NCBI GenBank assembly: GCA_963825865.1
Contig: CAWGVG010000005.1
Span: 32,001-96,000 of the forward strand
Direction of reading: 5' to 3'
Length of the DNA stretch: 64,000 nucleotides
Source of the DNA: an uncultured Nitrososphaeraceae archaeon
GTDB taxonomy: Archaea; Thermoproteota; Nitrososphaeria; Nitrososphaerales; Nitrososphaeraceae
Position 1 is the first letter of the stretch; each line of letters opens with the position of its first letter. The notes beneath the pieces are model-generated. The model saw only the letters and a list, made by a program, of their open reading frames with translations. It did no database searches and had not been told where the DNA came from. The translations under genes were made by a program, and so were the position numbers. Of the stretch, positions 34,623-45,939 are shown one piece after another.

Positions 34623-35415
34623 CTAAGTCAGAGTCATTGCCATCATCAACAACATCATTAAGGTCGATTGATTCTGTTGCTGCTTGCCAGCTGCTTCCTT
34701 AGTCTTCGCCGCCTGCTGCTCTTCAATTCTATCTTTACGATACTTGACAAATTCCTCATCTGAATCTATATTTAACTCGGCTTTTAGTTCCTCAAACTTT
34801 GAAACTACCGCTTTCATAGTTTCATAGTTTGTAACCAGATCTTGGAGTTCATCTTCAATCTCCTTACGTCTAGCAACTATGTCGATCATTCCTTCGACAT
34901 CTGCAAGACTCTCCTCCATCTCCTCCCATTTTGTGTGTGTTGCCTTGTATTTCACATACTCAATGTAATCCTCGATATCACCTATCGCTCCAGGACTAGA
35001 CGATACTGGTTGCTCGGATATGACCCTTCTGTAATCTCTTTTAGGAAACAACGTTGTCAACTTGTGCATTATGTATTCCCATAGTCTCTCGCTCCCAACC
35101 GCTGCAAGAACACCGTCTATCCTACTCTACTGTGTTCTAAAAAATCACTATCGATTACATTATCATAATTTGATAGAAATCCTCTCTCTTTGAGGCGTGG
35201 ACTGTATGATAGTATTAGAGGAGGCTCTTTGATCAATCCAAAATAGTTTAGTGTTTCTTCGTCAATTCCTATCCTTGGGATATCTCTAACCTTCGAAGCG
35301 ATATGTAATCCAACCATATCGTAATCAGTTATGATTACCACATGTCCACCTGATCTTGCTGGCAGCTCGAACTAACCTTTTGGCATACTCTGTTAGATAG
35401 CCTGTTGTTTCTACT
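34623..35415 (-). pseudogene. C-terminal Toprim-containing fragment of a TopoVI-A/TopoVIII-like protein
   Basis: ETTGYLTEYA...VVIITDYDMVGLHIA...PRIGID...(E)IDGVLAAVG across frames; 5' part missing. Confidence 0.5.
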
Positions 35416-35473
35416 ACTCATCATATCATAATCATAGAAACAAGTTCATATTAAGACATGCTAAACCATGTAA

Positions 35474-35529
35474 GTTAACGTTGTTAACTGCCAAGTAGTG
35501 TAAGGCTGAGTTGAATTAACTATGTTAAT
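35474..35529. promoter_or_regulatory. Pair of palindromic TTAAC-N3-GTTAA operator candidates
   Basis: GTTAACGTTGTTAAC at 35474-35488 and ATTAACTATGTTAAT at 35515-35529, upstream of the 35581 gene. Confidence 0.55.
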
Positions 35530-35580
35530 CATTGCCTATATAAGACAAAGTAGAAGAGATACAATAGCATATCTAGACAT

Positions 35581-36582
35581 ATGTTAAATGCTAATAATAA
35601 TGAGTACAATAAAAAGGAACAATTCAAAACTGTATCGTCTTCTTCTTCTTCTTCTTCCAGATACAGAATACTGAGCCTAATAGATAATTTTATCGAACAG
35701 ATATTCCAAATCAGAAAAACGCTCCTAGGAGTTTCTATTTCTGCATTAGTATTAGCTACATGTATTACTATAGCATTGACCATAGTAGTTTTGTCAATAA
35801 TCCCATTTAACATTGTCTTTGCAATAGCTGAAAATAGTAGTACTCAGCAGCATCAGCAACCCAACCTAAACGCATCTTATATTTACCAAACTCATACTAT
35901 GGTTCTTGGCAAGGATATAAAGAACCTTGTAATAGTAATTCCAGATGAAGGACACGAAGATCCTAATCAATCTCCAAAGGATTTAAGAATTGTCAATCAG
36001 CCATATCTTCCTCAGAATGCAGTAGTAAATGTTGGTACTATAGTAACATGGTTTAATGCAGATGTTGATCATCCTCACACGATAAGTCTAGTAGATAATA
36101 ATTCGAAGAGTCTTATATATGAAAGTGGTATTATCAAAAATTATACTGCTTCAAGGCCAATTAAGCTTAACAATACTGGTACTTTTACTTACTCCGGGCC
36201 AAGTTTTGATAAGGGTGTTCCAAGCTATAAAATGAATGGAACATTAACAGTAGTCAACCAACCGCTAACTACTTCTTTTAATAATAATACTACCACTGCT
36301 AGCACACCATCACCAACAGTAACAACAACAGCAACTAATAATGTTGACACTATATCTACACTTATGGTACCAGCAAATCAACTTGACAAAGCCATTTCGG
36401 AAATAAAAGGTCAAGGTTTTGGAATTGACAATCAATATCCATTTATGAGTCTGCGTGGAGGTGGTTCAACAGCTGGAGGAGATAGAAATCAGGTATTATT
36501 AGTATTGACAAGTTCTGGAAAGAGTCTAAATGAAGTAATATCTGCCTTGAACAACATATCACCTACAATGCCATATAGATAG
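35581..36582 (+). CDS. Membrane-anchored/secreted cupredoxin-like protein lacking the type-1 Cys
   Basis: IPDEGHE, YLPQNAVVNVGTIVTWFNADVDHPHTI, GTFTY...MNGTLTV; homologous to 8125. Confidence 0.65.
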   Translation: MLNANNNEYNKKEQFKTVSSSSSSSSRYRILSLIDNFIEQIFQIRKTLLGVSISALVLATCITIALTIVVLSIIPFNIVFAIAENSSTQQHQQPNLNASYIYQTHTMVLGKDIKNLVIVIPDEGHEDPNQSPKDLRIVNQPYLPQNAVVNVGTIVTWFNADVDHPHTISLVDNNSKSLIYESGIIKNYTASRPIKLNNTGTFTYSGPSFDKGVPSYKMNGTLTVVNQPLTTSFNNNTTTASTPSPTVTTTATNNVDTISTLMVPANQLDKAISEIKGQGFGIDNQYPFMSLRGGGSTAGGDRNQVLLVLTSSGKSLNEVISALNNISPTMPYR

Positions 36583-36933
36583 ATAGTAGCAGCTCAACAG
36601 AAGACTAACGCAATAGAAGAAGATAATTTATATACAAGTAGGTAAAAAACCTATGAGGAAGACTTTTTTATTCCATTTTCTGCGTAGAGGCAAGCTTTAA
36701 AGATTTTTTCAGCTGATAAATAAAAAACATTATAGAACGTATACTGATTAAAAATATTACATTTAGCAGTCTACTTTAGTCAGACACTAGTCAGAAATCA
36801 TATAATAATTGTTTACGTATTGTTGTATTTTATGCGCGCTTATGAAATCCTTCTAAGATTTACACTATGCAATGCAATCTATGTTTCAAGAACTATCATA
36901 TTAGATTGATAAATAGTATTTAAGTTATCCAAT

Positions 36934-37435
36934 TCATTTTACCACCAGTACCGGACATGATGCATAGGTGACAACTCCTGAAGCAACGCTTCCAAGTAAC
37001 ATCTTTTTAAAACCTGATCTTCCTCGGGTACCTATCACGATAAGATCAATGTTTTCATGTTCAGCGTAATCTACTATCTCACCTACTATGGGTTTAGTTG
37101 CCAGGATTACTTCTGTTTTAAGCCGTTACTTTGTCCATATTTTTATTACCATCATTGTTAGTTTGTTCTTCTTTAATTTCATCTATCCAATTCATAACTA
37201 CATGCTTAGATATATTCAAGAGCTCTTCTAATGACCCAGTATCAGATGGCGGTATATCAAACAAGTATGCATAACCATCTGGAGTTAAAACGTGAATAGC
37301 AATCAACTCTGAGTTATTTTTCTTTGCCATCATAGTAGCATATCGCGCCGCATTCTTAGATGATTCCGAACCATCCATAGCCACTAATATTTTTGAAAAT
37401 TTTCGTTTCAATAACTTCATATATTTTATTATCAT
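36934..37435 (-). CDS. Universal stress protein, frameshifted near 37120
   Basis: KILVAMDGSE; second frame gives DLIVIGTRGRSGFKKMLLGSVASGVVTYASCPVLVVK. Confidence 0.85.
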
Positions 37436-37660
37436 TAGTATTAATAGATGTAAATGGAAAAAGGATTAAAAAAGTACAAATTTCTTGCTAGGTACACAAT
37501 AGCAGAACAGTTAATCATATGTTTTTCTTTTATTATGAGATTCAAGCCTTAGGTGAATCTCTCAAGGATTTTCTTTCTCCGCCCCCCGATACAGGTTTAT
37601 GATCGTTGTCAAAAGATTCGGTCTACATAGCAACTACGTTGTCAATCTACTGCTTTCTTT

Positions 37661-37867
37661 TTATGGAAAAGGTAAAGGTAGATCGAAAGGGGTTGTTGTG
37701 TATTTTGTAGAATGTTGAGTCTTTTTATTATTTGTGCAGGTAATAATGTCAGCACTACATTTGTTGTGACTAGCAGCAGGAGTAATAGTGGTAGTAGTAG
37801 CGTTCGCTTGTTGTTGCAACAATATTACTACTGAAAAGACTCCTCCTATTACTACTAGAGCTGCCAT
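37661..37867 (-). CDS. Small secreted protein
   Basis: Hydrophobic N-terminus, two Cys, PFDLPLPFP tail. Confidence 0.45.
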   Translation of the reverse strand: MAALVVIGGVFSVVILLQQQANATTTTITPAASHNKCSADIITCTNNKKTQHSTKYTTTPFDLPLPFP

Positions 37868-37881
37868 TGTTAGCAGTAGTG

Positions 37882-38391
37882 TTATGATGATAATAGGCGG
37901 TGAATCTCCTCCTTAAATTTCCTCCTTATACATAACAGCAAATAACTTCCAAGTAAGATTATTGAAACTTGCAGGACTTTACTGAGCATATCAATGAAAC
38001 CAACGTCTTCTTGTAGTCCTACTATTGGAAAATTGATAATTCTAGATGATACATATATTGCAATTAATACAGCTGACCCTACAATAGATATAGTATAAGG
38101 CAGTCCGCCATTAAATCTGTTTTTAATTATAAACATCCATGCTGCAATTCCAAAATAAGCTACAGCTGTAGTTGTAAAGAATATCGTCTCAAGTGTTGCT
38201 GCCACTTCCTTTCCAGCTTGTGCAGATTCTTCTAATGCAGCTATACAATAAATTAGTCCCGTAAGAGCCATAAGTGCTGTCAGAACTAATGGTAGTTTTG
38301 GAGTAAACATTAATGGATTTTTTATTTGCAGTAAGTTGCTTACTTTTTTATTATATGCATTATCATTATTATCGAATTTTCTTTTTGTCAT
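37882..38391 (-). CDS. Four-TM membrane protein (intact member of the 15517/18811 family)
   Basis: ETIFF...AYFGIAAWM...PYTISIVGSAVLIAIYVSSR...GLQEDVGFIDMLSKVLQV. Confidence 0.75.
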   Translation of the reverse strand: MTKRKFDNNDNAYNKKVSNLLQIKNPLMFTPKLPLVLTALMALTGLIYCIAALEESAQAGKEVAATLETIFFTTTAVAYFGIAAWMFIIKNRFNGGLPYTISIVGSAVLIAIYVSSRIINFPIVGLQEDVGFIDMLSKVLQVSIILLGSYLLLCIRRKFKEEIHRLLSS

Positions 38392-38730
38392 GTGAATGGA
38401 GTTGACTATGAATTAGATATTATTAAAAACAAGGCACGCACTGAGTTACAGTGCACTATATATTCCCAGGTACTTTTATAGTTAAGCAAAGCATAAATCT
38501 CACAGCATGCTATAAGATGTAACCTCCATCATAGCACCATGATGGATGGAACAATCATTGAAAAATAGCGAATATATCCCTGTACCTGCCATTACAGCAC
38601 TATCCATAATAGCTTCCAGAGAGAGAGTGACTCTATCTACACTACAGAAATAGTAATAGAGTCTTCTTCTATATTTTTGGATGTAAATAAACGCAAATAA
38701 AAAATAATCATTTTCTTCAAATACTAAAAA

Positions 38731-39048
38731 GTGGAGATCATTACTACATATATGTATATGACAATGATAATATCTTCTGTACTGTCTATTGTTGTAGTAT
38801 CGTTATTATTAATTGCTGGTTCAATTGAAAATGCTGCCAAGATACAACAAGCGATGGCACAGAATTCCGCCGGTGGCAACCTGAAATTAGGTCCACTTGA
38901 GAAAATGACTATTACAGGACTGTCCAGGCTATCACCTGAACAGAAGCAGGTATTAGAACAGGATCAAGCAAAAATCCATCACAATCCTCAATTGTCGTCA
39001 TCAGATCAAGCTATTCTTGGTCCAATATTAGGAACACAAACGAAGTAG
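38731..39048 (+). CDS. Small secreted hypothetical protein
   Basis: Signal peptide ending ..QQAMAQ. Confidence 0.5.
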   Translation: MEIITTYMYMTMIISSVLSIVVVSLLLIAGSIENAAKIQQAMAQNSAGGNLKLGPLEKMTITGLSRLSPEQKQVLEQDQAKIHHNPQLSSSDQAILGPILGTQTK

Positions 39049-39392
39049 AGAGTTTGTTAGTAAGTTAGTCATTTTCTATAGCAATAAAGAACAAGTGGAT
39101 AAAAAGAAGTAGAAGAGAATGAAACAGTTTACATCGTTCTTTTCCAATAGTAGGAGATTCAACATTCCACCACTTGTTGTGAAGATACAAAGCAGGTGCC
39201 TGTTTGTAGATTGCTGTTTATCAGAATTGTTTCTTCATTATTGTTTCTGTCATGAACTACTACTGTTTTGTGGATAACCTTGACATGATCATGATTATGA
39301 TCGCATCCGTCTTTGTGATCACATGCTCTTGGGTATTGTAGATTATTTTGTGAATACATTTGATAAAACCATTCAAAAAATAAATATATCTT

Positions 39393-40200
39393 ATGAATAT
39401 AGGTATAGATCCAATTTCATTGAATGCAAGTAAAACTATTTTCAATAGAGTGATAATGATCACAACTGCTATTTTGATATCTTGGCTTTTATTAATGTCA
39501 GTGATCATAACAACAGAAAGACATCAAGCTTTTGCAAGATGTCCTAATGGCACTCACAAAAGCCCTAGTGGTGATTGTGAACCAGTTGTCAAATCTTCTA
39601 CAAAATTACCAAGATGTCCTAATGGCACTCATAGAAGTCCCAGTGGTGATTGTGAAAACGTTGCATCATCATCTCCTTCATCCCCTGAAGGTGTAACACG
39701 TAGTGAAGGTACCAGCACAACAAGCAGGAGCCAGAGTGAAAATAATAATAATCCTTCTTTGCTCGCCTACAAATCCCACTATCACTACTACTACTTCTAC
39801 GTCAGGCGGACAATGTGACCAATCACTTTGGAACCATGTTTATAATCCAAGCAGATTACAAGTAGTCGAACCGTGTAAAACCGTTTCAGGAATAATAGAA
39901 AGTAAGAGAGTTGAAGCAGACGGAGATTATCATATAAGATTAAAGTTAGATCCAGAGTTTGCTAACCTTGTAAATGCAGCTAATGTGAAAGGTCAATTTG
40001 GAGATTTGGTTTTAGAGCCTATTTGTATGAACCGAGTAACACAATTGGATGCAATATCGGCTTGTCAGAACTTTCATCAAAACATCGATATTCCAGCAAT
40101 TGGTTCTCATGTTGAAGTTACAGGCTCGTATGTTCTCGATAACGAGCATGGCAAATGGGCTGAAATCCATCCAGTAACTTCTATAACAAAATTACCTTAG
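39393..40200 (+). CDS. Secreted protein with two Cys repeats and an OB-fold-like C-terminal domain, frameshifted near 39760
   Basis: RCPNGTH(K/R)SPSGDCE twice; then LWNHVYNPSRL...EADGDYH...LVLEPIC...DNEHGKWAEIHP. Confidence 0.65.
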
Positions 40201-40251
40201 CTATATAAGCAGTAATATACATAAATTCTACTTTCTAGATCATATAAATGA

Positions 40252-40455
40252 ATGACTTGGAAATTGATTCATGACGATGAAACTGTCGGTGAATGGTCTG
40301 ACGATTTAATCGATAAAATAGTGAATGAATTAATAACTAAAAAGAAACCAGCCCTATCAAAGTCTCAAAGCTTAAATCAAAAGGAAGGCGCCAATATAGT
40401 AGCAGAATTTCTCCCTGATCCAATTCGAGAAGCATTACTAAATTTACAGAAATGA
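40252..40455 (+). CDS. Small hypothetical protein
   Basis: 67-aa ORF preceded by TATA-like AT-rich boxes. Confidence 0.45.
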   Translation: MTWKLIHDDETVGEWSDDLIDKIVNELITKKKPALSKSQSLNQKEGANIVAEFLPDPIREALLNLQK

Positions 40456-40710
40456 CGAATACTGACCAGTGAATACTGTTGGAAAAGTTACCAAGTACAT
40501 GACATACTCGCGTACTTGATCTTACGCAAAAGGTTCCCATTTGTCGTAAGTTTCTATAAATAGGGAAATTTCCCAGTTTAATTAGAAAGTCCTAAAAAGG
40601 ATACTTATGGATTTTCGATTACTAACACTTGCAAGTACTAATCCCGAATTCGATGTCACTTATTCGATTCTCGACTATTTCGCTGTAGCAATGCTTGCAA
40701 TAATAGCATC

Positions 40711-43186
40711 TCATTTCTTTGGCACTCCTTTGCACAGGTGCTTTTCCATGAACCACTTATCCCCTCTTTGCTTGCAGTCATGACAAGCCCAAGTATCAGA
40801 ATGGCCTAGACGATAGATTGATTTGGGTCGGATAATATCGTTCGGATCGTTCGGATCGTTCGGACTGCTAATTTGAGCGTGATTTTGGGGTATTTTGTCG
40901 AACGATATTTTATCTTCGAACGATTCGAGCGATTCGAACGATACTTTACGTATCTTGATAATCTTGACCCTTGTTTTCGTATCTTTATCATACTTGATTG
41001 TGATTCCAATTTCCCGAAGGTTTGTCTTGACTTCCGTAATCCTTCTGCTTAAAGAATTAGCAGATTTAGGCCACAACTTGTACTGGTGTTAATCTTTAAT
41101 TCATTGGCAATTGGTTCAAGGTCGTTAAGCAGATTTGTTGCAGTCCCCTCCCATTCCTGCTTATCTTCCATAAGCTTTATGATTGTAGTCCCAACAGGAC
41201 TTGACTCAATTGCTGCTTCTACCTGCAGGCCAATGTTATTGTAGTAAGCACCAAGGAATTTGTTATCTTCGTGACCCATACACCTTGATATAATTTCGCC
41301 TAGTTCGGCAAAGTCTGCCATCCTAGGAAGGCCTTCTTTTATCTCAATTCCACCACTCCTTTTAACTTGCAGCACCTTTGCTAATATGTCAAAAATATAG
41401 CCAAGGAGTTGAGGTTTTATCTTTTCAAACCTCTGCCATATTTCTTCAATTCTTCGAATTTTATCTTTTGTTATGCGTTCAATTCTATGATAATCCCCCT
41501 ATCGAGAAGGTCTGCTTTTGTTGCAGCTAAATTAATTCCGTTAAGCCCTATGCACCTCTTGAAGTTGTAAATTATATCGTCATCATCGCTATACAACTCT
41601 CTCTTAGAGAACCCACTACCAGTTACTGCCCTACATAATTGGTCAGATATCCATTCTGGAATATTTGACATGTTATCGAAATATGCAATGTAATTATGGC
41701 TTAGTTTCTGAACCAGTTCGTTGATATCTCTTGGAAATGTTAACGTAAGTATACTACTTGGATCAACCAGCATTTTTATTAATTCTTGAAGTGTCGATTT
41801 GGCGCTTCCTTGTTCTCCATGCAACATCAAAATAGGTTTGGGATATCTGGATAGAATAACGATATAATATAGCATTTTAACAACAATTTGTTATCTTCGC
41901 CTTTGACATTGATTAACTGCATGAATTTATCAAAAATGTCTGGTGTGTATTCCTTTGATGGATAAACTTGTGGCTGCTGGTTACTATATCTTTTAAAAAT
42001 GAATAGGTGCATATTCTACAGTCCAGCCATTTTCTGTGATTTTTACAGCCAACCATTCTTTATTTGTTAAATCGCAGAAAATTGTATGTGCTTCTGCTGG
42101 AATACTACTATTTGCAACACGTAGAATGCAGATTCCTTGCATATACCGTCAAATTCTGCCCTTGCTTTCAGTATATTCAGAACATTAGTGACATTTTCAT
42201 TATTCAATACATCTTGTTCAAATTTGTAAAATGTCCTGCAGAGCCAATTTTTGAATCGTGAAGATTTAAGGGGAAGGGTTTCAGTATGCTCACCAATTCT
42301 TACAGCAGCATAAGGTGATCCAAACTGGTCAAGGAATAACTCAGAACATTGTTCTTCAACTAGTCCCAGTGCTATTTGTGCAGCATCTTCTCTTATTACA
42401 GCAGAAGCAGCGCGGCCATTATTATTACCATTATGTTGTTCACCAGTAGTAGTATTACAGAGTATGTCCGTTGCCATTTTCTGAAAGAAGTTTTAACCAT
42501 TGCTCACTCAAATAAAATATAATTTCCTGTTTTAGTTTCTGATCATTTATCCCCAATCCTTTTGCTTGCTTTTCAAAATTTGCAATTGTCTTTGACCATT
42601 TAGGTTCGATATCAAACCTTATCGCTTTGCCATTCATTTTAATTAAAATTGTGGAGCCTTCTTTTGCTATCTTGGAAATATTGTGTTTCTTCAACTTTGG
42701 TGGAATCTGAAAGAAGAAGCTTTGGTGCTGACCGTCATGCTGCTGTTCTTCTTCTTGCTGTTTTCTATCTGATTTAGATGATGACTTCCTTGATCTTTTT
42801 CCATTTCCATTATTGCCGTTGCCATTGAAAAATCCAGAGGTTTTATCTTCCCTTAGCAACAAGCATTCATTTCGAAAGTATGTAACCAAACTTCTGGCTA
42901 TACTATAATCTATCGATTCATCTGATGATAGTAATTTGTCTTCAAGTGATTTGACTGTCCTATCAAGGTCGGACTTGTAGAAATGGCAGTGCATAATTTT
43001 TGACCTATCTTCATGCCAGAGGGTCATCATTGTGGTATTGCTGCTGTTGTTGTTGTCGTTAAGTGGTAACATGAACTTGGTGAATCCAAATCCTTCTAAT
43101 GCAGGGTCGTTAATTTCAATATCCTTGGTAATATTATTCATGGCTAACTTACTTGAATCTTCACCGTTAGAATTTTGGAAATACAA
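40711..43186 (-). CDS. Replication-associated P-loop ATPase/helicase-like protein of an integrated element, split by several frameshifts
   Basis: Walker A PILMLHGEQGSAKST, Walker B AYFDN, DQLCRAVTG, GIN..ATKADLLDR, RMADF, W.GTAT.LL wHTH, terminal C..C..H.C Zn finger; the 42455-43186 ORF may be a separate gene. Confidence 0.7.
40837..40942. repeat. Opposed arrays of 9-bp repeats (iteron-like)
   Basis: ATCGTTCGG x3 at 40837-40863; TCGA(A/G)CGAT at 40898, 40916, 40925 and 40934. Confidence 0.75.
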
Positions 43187-43476
43187 TTATGATAAATTTT
43201 AGAATTTACATCTTCTATTATTCGACCTACTGCCTGTCTTAAAATATATACACAATCGTCACGGTCAACTTGATATAATTCCCTAATTATTCTCGGACTT
43301 AGATCTTCAAGATCAATTACAAAAGGCGGGATAGGTTGGAATGCTGAGGCCTTGAGGTAATGATGTGCTCTGTGGTAATATTTTCTAATGTCAAATTGTT
43401 GCTGGTTTACACTGTTAGCGACGGGATCAATAACCTTGGCAAGGTGCTGCTTTAATTCGTCTATGAGAAATTCCAA
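43144..43476 (-). CDS. Hypothetical protein of the integrated element
   Basis: 110-aa ORF co-oriented with neighbours. Confidence 0.5.
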   Translation of the reverse strand: MEFLIDELKQHLAKVIDPVANSVNQQQFDIRKYYHRAHHYLKASAFQPIPPFVIDLEDLSPRIIRELYQVDRDDCVYILRQAVGRIIEDVNSKIYHNCISKILTVKIQVS

Positions 43477-43542
43477 TGTCCAATCGTCAGCAGTGTTGTT
43501 GTTGTCTGCTCGCTGTTGATGATGTTGAAGGAGAAGCCATTA

Positions 43543-45016
43543 CTAAGCGGTACCTCCTCTATTGTCAGTTCTAGTTGAGTTAAAAAGATCATTTTCCCAA
43601 CCAAGATAGAATGCCTCAGTTATCTTACGATACATGCTCTGTCTTATTGTCAATCCATCCTCTGAGCCCTCAGGAACAGAATCAGGATCTATATCGTCAC
43701 ATTCTAAATCGGGCTCATCAGGACAATTTTCGTAGTAAATATCCTCATCCCAGAGTCGGTCGACTGAGTCTTGCACTATCTTTTCAAATACGCCTAACAG
43801 GCGTTTATTTATCAGCATGGAATTGAGTTCGCAAGCAAATATTCTATCGTGTTTTTCAACAAACCTGTCATACCTGATGGAGTCATTTTCTTTCAGCCAC
43901 TCAATCTTTTCTGCTGAATAATCCTTCTCTAGAAGATGGTATTTCTTTATCTGCTCGTCGGTGATAGCAATTCTTTCGAATGATACCAGATCAGAGATTC
44001 CGAACAAATCTAACCATTCCTGGATTTGTCTATCCATATCCTCACCATACAGGTCGAGGTCACCAAAATAGCGAACATAGATTTCCTTGTCTGGATGGTC
44101 ATCTGCAAACTCCTTCAGCCTTACACAATTCAGGTAAGCAAAAGTCAGGCTGCTGAACCCATGATTCAGTATTATCCTAACGTTTCTGCCGTCCAGGACC
44201 TTTCTGAATTTCTTACCGAGTCCAGCCTCCTCAATCCACACTTCGACGTATTTGGGTTGCGCATACCATTTACCAGGTGGACTGCCTTCTTCACCTGGAA
44301 TACATTTACCGTCATAACGTGAAGGCGCATATTTAACATCCTCAATTGCATTGTCGATATATTCATCAGGATCTTGAGGATTTTCTGGTTCTGTAGGATC
44401 TTCAGGTCCAGAATCATCATAATCATCCAATACTTCCCTACCACTTCTGTTATCTTCAAAACAATCAATAGGTAATTGCGGATAATGTTCCCAGCCAGGC
44501 GGGCAATATATTGAGTTCTCTAGCACGGACCGTGTATTTAATCAGGCTCTTGTAATCTTTAGTTTTGTCCAGCAGCTTCAGTGAGTCGAGCCGATATAGC
44601 AAAGTTCTAATCATCGGCTTAAATCCCTCTGAGTCGTAGAATGGTAAGTCTACATCTCGTATGTGTTTGATAATCTTAAACCATTTGCCATTCTCTATAT
44701 GATTGCGCCATTTTGGATTATCTACCATACTCATGATGCTATTGTCTAGAACGCCGTTGCGTGGGTCCTTTGCTAACCGTTTTAGATATCGACGTACGGT
44801 AGTAGGTGGAATACCTGTTACCCTGCTAATTTCGCGTGCGGATTTTCCTGCCCTATTCATTTCCAGTATTATCTTCAGATAATCTTGATAGCGGCTTCCC
44901 TTTAGTGGTGGCGGCGCAGGTGGCGGTGCTACAGGTGGCTCACCTTCTGTTGCTGGTGGTGCTGGTGTTGTTGTTGTTGTTGGTAAATCGATATCATCGG
45001 CAGAAGAATTGTCCAT
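43543..45016 (-). CDS. HTH plus TopoVI-A/Spo11-like Toprim protein (Mini-A-like), one frameshift near 44500
   Basis: HTH SAREISRVTGIPPTTVRRYL; IRTLLYRL (candidate catalytic Tyr); QPKYVEVWIEE, HGFSS, YFGDLDLYGEDM, FERIAITDEQI. Confidence 0.7.
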
Positions 45017-45018
45017 TA

Positions 45019-45634
45019 TCAGGCTGCCACCTCTAGATTATCCTGTTTTGTTTTGTGCTTGTGTTCTCGACCAGTGAAATAATCTCGAATTATCCATCTT
45101 GCTACGTCGTTTGTACCATCTGAGCGTACTCTACCGAGAACCTTTTCAAATGTTATAGCCCCGTGTGGCCATCCATTAGATCTGCAAATCCTGTAATTTT
45201 TTAATTGCCAGTTATTCAGATCCCCCGAGGCAGCACCGAATTGCTCTATTATCTGGTGCAAAACCTTATGAGTAGGATCAGAATTACTATTTCTTGTAAT
45301 CATGATCAGCAACTCCTGCTTGGTATGATTGCGTCTTCAAAACCTGGTTCTGGTGTGGGGTGGTATCCGCACCGCTTTTTACAATAACGTTATCAACAGT
45401 TAGGAAAAGGTGGTTATCTCTATGGCGGATCTTGTCTGCTTGGATTGGAGGTTGATTTGGCGGCCTCTCAACCTTTTGTTGATGTCTAGCGTCTCTGCAT
45501 TCAATGATTATTGATTCCGAAATAGTATCTGTATAGAATATTGGACACGGATCACACAGGCACTTTGTGATTATGATATACCGTTGTTGTTTTGGATTGC
45601 TTTTAATAGCTAGATTGCGGGTATCTTTATTCAC
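45019..45634 (-). CDS. Two small hypothetical ORFs of the element (45287-45634, 45019-45312)
   Basis: Co-oriented, overlapping, Cys/His-containing. Confidence 0.45.
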
Positions 45635-45679
45635 CGATTCTATCGGAATGGGGGTTATTGCTGCCTTGGGGGTCCAATC

Positions 45680-45850
45680 CTAGACAGCACCTCCATTATT
45701 TTTATTCTTCGGATTGACACTTAATGATGTCCTGCAGTGTGGACATGAACACACAAATTGGTTTCTGCCTGTATAAAGCCAGACATGTCCACACCTTCTA
45801 CATATCATTTCTCTTGCTTCTTTTTTTATGGTAACAATTTTTGTTGACAT
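45680..45850 (-). CDS. 56-aa Zn-ribbon protein (below the ORF-track cutoff)
   Basis: MSTKIVTIKKEAREMICRRCGHVWLYTGRNQFVCSCPHCRTSL...*. Confidence 0.7.
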   Translation of the reverse strand: MSTKIVTIKKEAREMICRRCGHVWLYTGRNQFVCSCPHCRTSLSVNPKNKNNGGAV

Positions 45851-45939
45851 GTTGTCTGTCAGTAGGCTAATAAGAGGTTGGTATTAGCTAACTATCATTA
45901 GATACCTACAAAGATGTAGACTGAGATGGAGATGGAAGA

